DNA of 64,000 nucleotides from Amoebophrya sp. A120 (Eukaryota; Protista; Dinoflagellata). Made by a program: the position numbers and the translations under genes. Positions 51,820 through 61,100 of this stretch are shown here, piece by piece (the stretch's first letter is position 1; each line of letters opens with the position of its first letter). Under the pieces are notes generated by a model that was not told where the DNA came from, searched no databases, and was given only the letters and a program-made list of their open reading frames with translations. Location of the stretch: NCBI GenBank assembly GCA_905178155.1, contig CAJINV010000006.1:2706658-2770657 (forward strand), written 5' to 3'.

Positions 51820-52400
51820 GTATGGGACTGGAGATACATAGAGCCTACTGACGGAAAGTGAGCAGTTGTTTTGTCATGCGAAAAGGTCGTCGTGCATTGA
51901 TTTTGATAATTCATCTACGTAGTAGAGGTCTTCGCGTATTACTATCATGAGAAAAAATGTGTGCAGCTCCACCTCCACCGGTTTTATTTCACTCGCATAC
52001 CTCACGATATCAAATGCAAAAATGTCTGGGTCTGGGAGGATGCGAACTTGTCATGCTAGGTCTGGATCGTACAAAAATTTGTGTTGCATGACTACCAAAA
52101 GCTGTCCAGTTTTGAACAAGTTTCGAGGCAGTTTGTCATGCAGGAAAGGCATGATAGGGGCGTCGCAGAACCTGTAATGCTAGGTCCTGCATTCCAAACC
52201 TCATGGGGCAAGGAAAATATGCATGAGAAGTTTGCATTCTTCCAGACTTAGACATTTTTGCAGTTGATACACGAGGATGGACCGCAATTGCAAACCGGTT
52301 TTGAAGACGTGCGGTTGCGGTATCTGGTGTTGTAACGGTTGGGATCGGACGCGGAAAGGGCATGCGAGAACCGCATGACAAACAGGTTTTGTAGTGCTGA
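51820..52400 (+). pseudogene. Disrupted 3' portion of the giant repeat gene
   Basis: Unpaired element starts at 51820 (TATGGG...) and 52321 (TATCTG...), with a short repeat-like exon (TGFISLAYLT|RMDRNC) and one intact introner (52008-52269) between them. Confidence 0.5.
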
Positions 52401-55093
52401 ATGAACGACAAAAATCCAGCAGGAAATAAGATAAACCATTGATAGCTGCTATCCAGGCTCACTCTTTCGGAATTTCGTACAAGTTTCGTAGTTTGCAAAT
52501 AAACCTAAGTACTCACTCCATTGAAGTTTTAAAGTCAAATAATACGTGCGAGGTAGGTCGCCGAACCCGCAATAGCAATTTCGTTTTTGGTTATACTTTC
52601 AGGTCTCCTGTTTCAAGGCTTTTTGTATTGGGAAAGACACAATTTTTCTTGAAAAAAAGCGGAGACTTCGTTCTTGACAAAGCTCAAGACAAGTTCTTCC
52701 CGCTTTTGCTGTAACTTAGTTTTTGGAAAATATTTTTTACATCAAGAGAGGGTCGATCCACATTCGCAACCTCGGAGGTTTCAGAAGTTTCAGAACTATG
52801 CTTTATTGTCGCGATTAATTGGTAAAAATATTCGATGACATAAGTCTCGTCCTCGAGACAGCGGATTGCTTTGATTACTTTGACGATTTTTCGATCTCTC
52901 TTGTCGTTGTATGGGTACGTGATTTATATATATCGAGTTTCGTTTCGGATCGTGAGCAGGAGTTGAATGATGAAAAGACGAAGATTGGTCGAGGTGACAC
53001 AGGTGTGACTCTCGCGCGAACAGGTTTTGTTGTTCGATCGCGACGGAAGATAGGAGTCTTGTTGTGTTCCCTGGCGTTGACAAGCATAACCGCACGGTGC
53101 AAGCTTTCTGCTTCCCGGAAGAATTGACGTTAGCACTTCGCGAAGCTTTTAAGGCTACTGGGGAAGCAGGACGACCGCGGTCCGCAGGGGTGCGGCGCCT
53201 GTGTCGGTCGGAGTTCAGGCGAAGGGCGGCAAGGCCCCGCCGGGCCAGCTGGTGCATGCGGCGCTCTATGATGGGATGACGTTCGCAGGATGTTTCACCG
53301 AAATCATATTTGTAACCGACTGCCACTCTGACTGTGAAGCCGCAGCGCGAATCTTTGTTGCGCGCAGCTCGCCGCAGACACAAACCTGCGCTGCGTGGGC
53401 GCCAGTCTGTTTTGCGCGCAGCGCAAATCTGTGCTGCGGGTCTATAGTTATTTGCGACCCACATCGCGCGGCCTGCGGGCGGCAGTTCCAACGTGCGTAG
53501 CCTGCAGGCCCAAGGGCTTCGCGGGTTGGCCGGCGTCGCGCGGGCGACAGACTGGCCTAGCGGAGCACGGCCGCGCGCTTCGCGGCGGCCGAAAGGCCCA
53601 CCCGGGCGGGCTAGCAGGCGTGGCGCTCGTCGGGCTGCGTGTTTTCGGTGCCACGCGGTAGAGGGGAATAAAGCAGCCCAGGCTCCCCCGTGCCAGGCGG
53701 AGCAGGGCCGGCCGCCCGCGCGCGGGGTGGCGCCGTTGCCACGCATGTGGGGCCGGCCGAGCCGCGCCCGCCGCCGCAAAGCTTGGGAGGGGCCGCTTTG
53801 CCGCCCTAGCCCCGGGAGGCAGAAAGCCGGGCGGCCAGCACGTTCATCGTGGGGGTACCGTTCGGCGCGGGGGGGAAGCCCGATGAAGAAGGAGAGGAAA
53901 GGGGCAGCGTAACGGTGCGACAGGCCATAAGCCGAGCGAGCCAGGAGCTGCCAAGAAACGGAGTTGTCCATGAGCCCCAACGCACAACGCGGCTGCTTCC
54001 TGCTATTGCCCGGGCCGCCGTCTTTAGCCGCAGTGCGCGATCGCTGCAGGGGCCGCTTTCCTTGTGGTCGTTGTTGACTTTTGGCCCGGGGGCGCGCGTG
54101 GCGCCCCTGCCACCCGGCGACGCCGGCGCCCCGCAAGCCCGCGCCCCGCTCCTAATAAATATGGGCCGGGGCCGCTGCGTATTACCCTGGCGAAAAAGGC
54201 AGGCCGGAGGGCACGGGCCGCGCGCGCCGGGCGCTTGGTGCTCTGCGGAGAGGTGGACTTGACATGGTGGGCCTGCGCACTCATTCAAGAGAACCCCAAA
54301 CGAGAAAGCCGGAGCGGCCCGCCGCGCGCCCTTAGGATCCCATCGATCCCGCCCGGCCTAGGCTCCCTTCCTTGCTCTGGTGGGCCCCCCTTGTCGCGCT
54401 TGCCCGCTTGTGGCGCATTGCCTTTGCCTTTTTGCCAGGCAGCCGGCCCGCGCCCAGGCCCCGGGCCCCACAGGGGGGGGGCCTTTCTTAGCCCCTTTGG
54501 TTGTTTCGCCCCGCTTTTGCCCGGCCCCTGCCAATTAATTGCCCCTGCCACTGCCAGGGCGGGCTCCCTGGCTTGCCCCTCCGGCAGTTACTTAATGGTG
54601 GGCGGCCCGGGCGCCCTCCGGCCGCCACTTTGGTTGTGCCGGGCTGCCTGCTGCCCCCCTTCGTGGGAGGGCCACCTATCTGCGCCGCGGCTGCGGTATG
54701 ACTGACGGGCCGTCCGCACTGCGAGATTTTTTCTGATCACCTGGCCCGCCCGCTTGGATGTAGTGTGTTTTCGGCGTGTCCTTCCCCGCCGGCCGTTCGT
54801 GTTCCCTCGATGCAGGACTTACTATACTTTAATTGGCATCGCTTTGCGCCCTTTCGGCACTCGCAAAGGGCCTCGCAGTGCTAAGCTGCTATCCGCTTCA
54901 TCTGCCACTGGTAAAATTACAACTACTCGTCCACATCAGCCTTAGTTACAGGAAACCCTTTGTAAAAACTACGTTATGTAGATTCAGCAACTCTTGCGAG
55001 AAGTTGTAGTCTCGGCAAGTACTAGAGGCCCTTATTAGATAGAATCGATTTAGCACAACTTCCTTCCCCGCTTGAGAGAATAAAGCCAAAAAA

Positions 55094-55508
55094 ATGCAAT
55101 CTGTGAAAGCCCTCCTCGAGTCCATTGACCATGCGTGGGGGCATTACGAGGCCCAGCGAGGGCAGCTGCGGAGCGTGTTGAAAAGGGATAAAGAAGTCCA
55201 GCTCTACCAAGACGGAAACGAGGAGAACAAGGAACAGGACAACGTTCTACAGATCATAGAGGACAATAATAGTCCAGACGAAGGAGCAAAAGACGGGGGA
55301 GGAGACAGCGCAAGTAATACCGGTGCAGCAACGCCGGATAATGGTATTAAAGCAGAAAAAACATCTTCCTCTGCAAAGGACGAAGACTCAGCACCATCAA
55401 CCGGCCCACCAATCTTCAAAATGTACAATGCGACACTAACCGAAGCGACGCGGCTAGCGAGCAAAGCGCTCTTTGTGTTTCAGGGAGAAGTGCAGACGGC
55501 GCAGAGTT
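55094..55508 (+). pseudogene. Orphan first exon of an unknown protein followed by an unpaired introner-like start
   Basis: MQSVKALLESIDHAWGHYEAQRGQLRSVLKRD... is coding-like up to TATGGAAATGTTGAAAAA at 55509; no matching right TIR/TSD or continuation was found. Confidence 0.5.
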
Positions 55509-56789
55509 TATGGAAATGTTGAAAAATAACTGGGTTATTCCGCATGTTTTGCATGCACTGTGTCTGTGTGATGAAAATGTAGTAGCTGAATCAGACACGA
55601 GACAGAGTTCTTACATTGGCTGCAAATCAGTGTATTGCGACTTTCATTCCATAACTGCGTTTGGATCTCAGGGATGAAATTTGTGTTGCAAGATGTAAAA
55701 CGTATAGATACTGAGCACAACGAGTCATACTGTTCGCTGGTGCATGAGCGAGACTACACGTTGCACTCCATTTTTTCACACCCATAACCTCTCGTTGAGG
55801 GTCTGTCTCATAAAGAAGCACAGCACGGCGCTGTGATGTTGTGGCAGCGGAGATAGAATGTAATGTATGATTGCGGGTTTGAGGTGGAACAAGTGAAGGA
55901 AAAAACAAAGCATTTCTGTGGATAAACCACGGCGAATAATACTGTGCGGATTTTGTTTCAAGTCCAGCGAATGATGAAAAATATCAAAAAGCATCGATGA
56001 ACAACTGACTCCTCCTCTCCGCCATTGGAAGATGCTCCAACATGTTCGTCGTGCACCGGCGTCTGTTCCTTGTTCAACAAGATCTAGTAGATCCGCAAGA
56101 ACAAGCCAGGGGAAAATAGTGTGTCTCGCATGAAGGAGATCATGAACATCGAGCACGATCTGCTTGCGTTACCAAGCGCAGTCCTAAGCGAAAGGATGAC
56201 CACCTTCACAGGGAACAAAAACTCCTGAGAAATCACGGATCGAAGATTCTGACCGGTTAATTATATCTGTGGGAGATCTCGTTCTCGTATAGAAAAAGGG
56301 AACACTCATCAAGAACTGCATCGAGAAGGTCCATCTGGATCCAGATCTACACTTCGAACCTGTGACTAGGATGCTCATCGGTTCTTCCAAGGATGTCGTC
56401 GTGTGGCTAGTCAAACAATAATCGAGAAAATAAGATCAGTTACACCGTTTGTGAAGATCTTCAAGCAGAAGTATATGAAGAATGCCAAACGAATAAGGGT
56501 CGCATCTTCGCAAGACGTCAAGTAGGTCCTTCATTACAACATACGTATGAGAGCCGAACCCGCAGCCCCTGACTTTTTGCGCGACAAATCATTAGCACGA
56601 CCACGAGTCTTTTTTTGAAAGGAGTTTATACTTCACAAGTATAACAAAGTTAAGTGTACAGAAAGTTCTTGTACAAAAACTTTGTAAAAATACTACCATG
56701 CACTTTTTTCTTCAGCCACCACGTTACCATTTATCGTAGCCACGTTTTTCAACAATAACATCTGTTTTCCCAAGAAAATATTAATCCAT

Positions 56790-58106
56790 CTCTGATATTA
56801 ATAAAGATGAGCGCGGTTGCACCATTTAAGAAAACCGAGGGCACCGTTTGAGTAAAACGGACACCGTTTCTGGCAGCGGCCGAACCTCCTCGGCCGCTGC
56901 CATAAACGTGAACAAACGCGCTCAGAAAATTAAATTTCGCAGGTTGGGTGTTTTGACCCAACCTGCGGTGCATGTTGGGTCAAAACACCCAACCTGCGAA
57001 ATTTAATTTTCTGAGCCCGCTTTTTCACAAAATAAAATTTTCGCAACATGTTGCCCCCCAGCTGAAAATCGCAAACAGAATCCGAATTCCCCCAAAACAA
57101 ATTAACCTCAGAGCCGCGGTTTCGCCTTCGGGCCCCGCTTCTTTGTGGCCCGGGTGTCGTAGGGGTAGGCCCCCCACGTCATATTCCGACTGCCCGCGCG
57201 CGATGGTGTGTGTGGCAGTTGCTTGGGTTTTTCTGTGTTACGTCACCAGGCCAGAGATGGCTACTTGGTTTCATTTTTGGAACCCTTCCGATGTTGATTG
57301 TTTTCATTTTTCGGATTAGACAGAGACTGTCTTCCGACTTTGATTGAGACGCGCAGGGAGCTGATAACTCAGCGAATGGCTGTGCCCTGGCGGCCATGTC
57401 AGCGATGCGGGAAAGAGCCAGAAGTTAACCGGTGTCGATTAATCTTTTTGTAGTTGTACCAGAGAATGGGAATACAGCGAAAGAAGTAGGGGCATGGTGA
57501 GCTTCGCGGGCGCAGGCGCTGAGGTGGGGAGGGGATTTGGAGGCGCGGCGTATGTTCATATAGGTGGCGTTTCGTATCAATATCTATTGAGGACTTTTCA
57601 ATATTTCGAACAAATGCAAACACGCATGTTTGGCGAATAGTCACTGCATACTAAAGATGAGCGCGGTTGCACCATTTAAGAAAACCCCAGAGGGGCGGCG
57701 AGTGTTGTCGGCGTGTGGGGCAACGGTATGGCGGCCGCAGGGCTCAAAGGTAGCTAGCCCGATTTTGATGCGCCTTCTTGTGGTAGCCGCGGCCGGCACA
57801 GCGCTCCGACCAATCTCTGCGCGCCACACTCGTCGGACGAAGCGACAGAGCGAACCGGAAGCCATGCGGCCACCAGCAGCTGCTACTCAAGCCGCTCTGC
57901 CTTTCTCACTGCCTCAAAGCGGGGCCTTTCGGCTATCTTGCTCAAGCATGAGGTGGGGCGCCGGCAATTCCCGTCAAACGGGACGGGCGACATGCGCGAC
58001 CCCTGAAATTTTTTTACATTTTTCGAAAATCCGTCCTTAGTATCGCCATATTCAATCCCACTCTGATATTAATAAAGATGAGCGCGGTTGCACCGTTTAA
58101 GAAAAC
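56790..58106 (+). repeat. Three direct copies of the 5'UTR/start-codon segment of the downstream gene
   Basis: TAAAGATGAGCGCGGTTGCACC(A/G)TTTAAGAAAAC within copies at 56790-56835, 57652-57685 and 58061-58106. Confidence 0.85.
56920..57016. repeat. Perfect 43-bp inverted repeat with 11-nt loop
   Basis: GCTCAGAAAATTAAATTTCGCAGGTTGGGTGTTTTGACCCAAC (56920-56962) and its exact reverse complement (56974-57016). Confidence 0.9.
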
Positions 58107-61100
58107 GACCGATGGTATCCCACAGAAAAAGACCGACAGGTCATATTTGTAATGCAAAAATAAATACACAGGAAAATCTGTCATGGGCGAGGCCATAACA
58201 TCCTGTTTAGGGCATGCAATACAGATTTTTTTGTCTATTTATTTTTGCATTACAAATATGACCTGTCGGTCTTTTTCTGGGGGATAGATGGCCGCACGAC
58301 CGACCCCCCCAAGGAAATAAACCGAGAGCTGCCCGCCGGGAGCACGCGGGAAGAAGATGGCAGCAGCTCTGCGCTGCCTCTTACTTCTAGCAGCGGGGGT
58401 GGTGGAGGTCCTACTGCAGCAGTACCTCCACGAGGCGGCGGGTCCTCAAGACAAGAATCCACTTCCATCACCGCACGACAGACGCAGCAACCAGCAACAG
58501 AACTGGAGGACTTCACAACGGCAAACAGTACCACTACAACAGCGACAAACCATATCAGCGAAAAAAACAACAAACCCTTCAGTACCTCGGATAAAATTTT
58601 GGACGTTTTGAATAGCGAGCGAAATAATACAGCTACCTCAGCGACGGCGGGTCGTGGTCGTCATTTACTTGCGGGCAGAGGAGATTCTTCTTTCGCAACC
58701 ACGTTTCTTCCTACTGCTACTTCTGTGTCCCCGTATGACTCGGTTTTGAACCTCGACGGCCGACGGGTTTTGACCTGGAATGACCAAAGCCTGGTTTACG
58801 GCGAGGGGGGTACTAGTACAACTGCTGTTCAAGAAACGCAAGAACAGCGGGGACCCACAGCTTCAACCTCCCCGAATAACATCACAACCACAACAAAAAT
58901 CGACGAGAGCAAAGTCAGTTTCAAAGACCTCGCTGAGTTTTACCAAAAGCAGTGCTACCAGCTCTCCGTCCCCTGCAGCGGGCAGATTGTGCTAGGACTC
59001 AGGTTGGGCTTGGAAGAACTCTCGTTCTCCGTCAACGGTTTAACAACTGGGGGGAGTAATCATGGGAACAACAACATCTTCGCTGGACCAAATTTTCTCA
59101 CCCCCGGCGCCGATAATGAGGGGTATGGAGGTGGTGCAAGTGCAAATGGAACAACAACATCAATATCCTGAGTAAAAACGTACCCACACCAGAGTTGTAA
59201 TGCAGATTTGCAAAGACAGGAAGACTTGTAATGCGCATCCCCATGAGAGCCCTTTCCAGTCGTGTTTTGGAATTTGTGACGCTGTGAACAGGATGAGCAG
59301 CTGGATTTGTGACGCGGCTGCACTTGCTAACCTGCACTACACTGCAGAGCTCAGCTTGTCATGCGTGACTCACAAAACTCCTAGGTTTGTGTTGCAGAAT
59401 CCTCATCCTAACTCTGGCGTGGGTACGTTTTTACTCAGGATAATCAAACACCAACCCCTACTTTCAACAGTCCGCGTCTCCCCTGTCCCTCTGCCCTCTC
59501 CTCAAGTGTTTTTCCGCGATGCCAAATTGCCTAAAATTCGTCAAAGCTTTGGATTTCCGTCACTGCGGCTACGACTTGATGGGTGACGTTGGGTGCGCCT
59601 TGTTGCATTCCGGGTTTTCCGAATTGTTAAACATCGAGTCGTTGAACTTGCAGAACTGCGGAATCCACAGCAAGGGGTGCGCCTACATCGCAACCGCGGT
59701 GATAAAATTTCGACACAAATCGAAATTGCAGCATTTGGACATGTATGCATTGCAAATTTGTCTCAACGTCTGGAAACTTGCGTTGCTGAAGGTTGCATTG
59801 CAGAGTAGCCACTTTGATACGGCAAAATAGCATCAGAAATTTTGCGAGGCTTCTTGCAGATTCATTCGTAAGACGCATGACAAACTGAGCTCCTATTCTC
59901 AGCATGATAAAGAAATTGCTCAGTTCGTCGTGTTTTTATGCATCACAAATCCTTGGTGTCCTTCGAAACTCGCATGACAAATCCAGACCCAGACATCTTT
60001 GTAATGCGGCATAATATGCGACAAAACCGGATCGCGATCGGAGACGAGTTTCAAGTGCAGAGGAAGAAGGAACGGAAAGGCATATCCTCCACTTCGCAAG
60101 TAGAGGCTCGCGGCGGAGTTTCGTCTGCTTCGCCCAATCCCGGCGGCAATGGATCCGGAGCAGAACAAGAAGTAGATGTTGATCTTCCGTCAAGAGCGAT
60201 GAACGGTGATACTAGTAAAGAGCTGGAATATAACAATTATTTCGACGAAGCTTTGCAGTCTCTCCAGTACAACGGCCCGATTCTCCTCGCGGAAGCGGTC
60301 GCAGTGTGTATGAATTTGGTGCATCTGGATATTTCCCAGAACTTGCTCCCTGAACAGAACATGAAGCTGTTCGTCACCGCGCTCTCCGTCCGGAAAAAAC
60401 GGTGCGAGGAACTGGTGCTGAGGATGGCGGAAGAGGAGGAAATCTTAAACGACAAAAGCAGCCTTTTGCTTCCGACGTTCACCTCGACATCAAATGCAAT
60501 TTTGGACAACAAAGCCGAAAGTACTTTTACCACTGCGACGACCTCCGCTCCTGCGCGGTCCTCTACAACTTCACGCCAGGGCTTTTTGAACGAGAGGTTG
60601 CAATTGACAGAGTACAGCTTGACCAACGACGGGATTTTGACACAGAATCTCGCGGAAATGGAGGTGTTGGAGAATAGCTACAAGCAGAAAAAAAGCTTCG
60701 CCGACCGAAACATGTTATCAAATGCAAATATGTCTGGGTCTGGAAGATTGCGAGGTTTGTCATGCATGTTTTGCACGACCCATGATTCCTGTAATGCATG
60801 ACCCAGCATTACAGACTTTTAGAGGGCTTCCTGATGCCTGTTCTGCATGACAAATGCCCTCGCCGCGTAGCCCAAACTGGACTCCTCTTGCTGGCCATGC
60901 AGTACAGATTTTTTTAGAATCCAAAGACAGCAGCACAAGTTACATCCTTCCAGACCCAGACATTTTTGCAATGCATACATGTTCGACTTAGAACTAGGGT
61001 TGAGTTCGAACGACCTTGAGAACGAGCGGGGCATGGGCATGAAGCGGATAACGAGCTTTGTTGAATCGGTCGGGAGCGCGGTCGTGGGCGGGAGTGGGTT

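Noticed and set aside
22212-52269. CRISPR-like repeat/spacer array (recurring CCAGACCCAGACAT etc.)
   Set aside because: The repeats are inverted ends of 150-340 bp elements and the 'spacers' are in-frame exons; no cas genes.
56733-56752. TCGTAGCCACGTTTTTCAAC resembling the dinoflagellate spliced leader CCGTAGCCATTTTGGCTCAAG
   Set aside because: Only the first 8 nt match well; insufficient.
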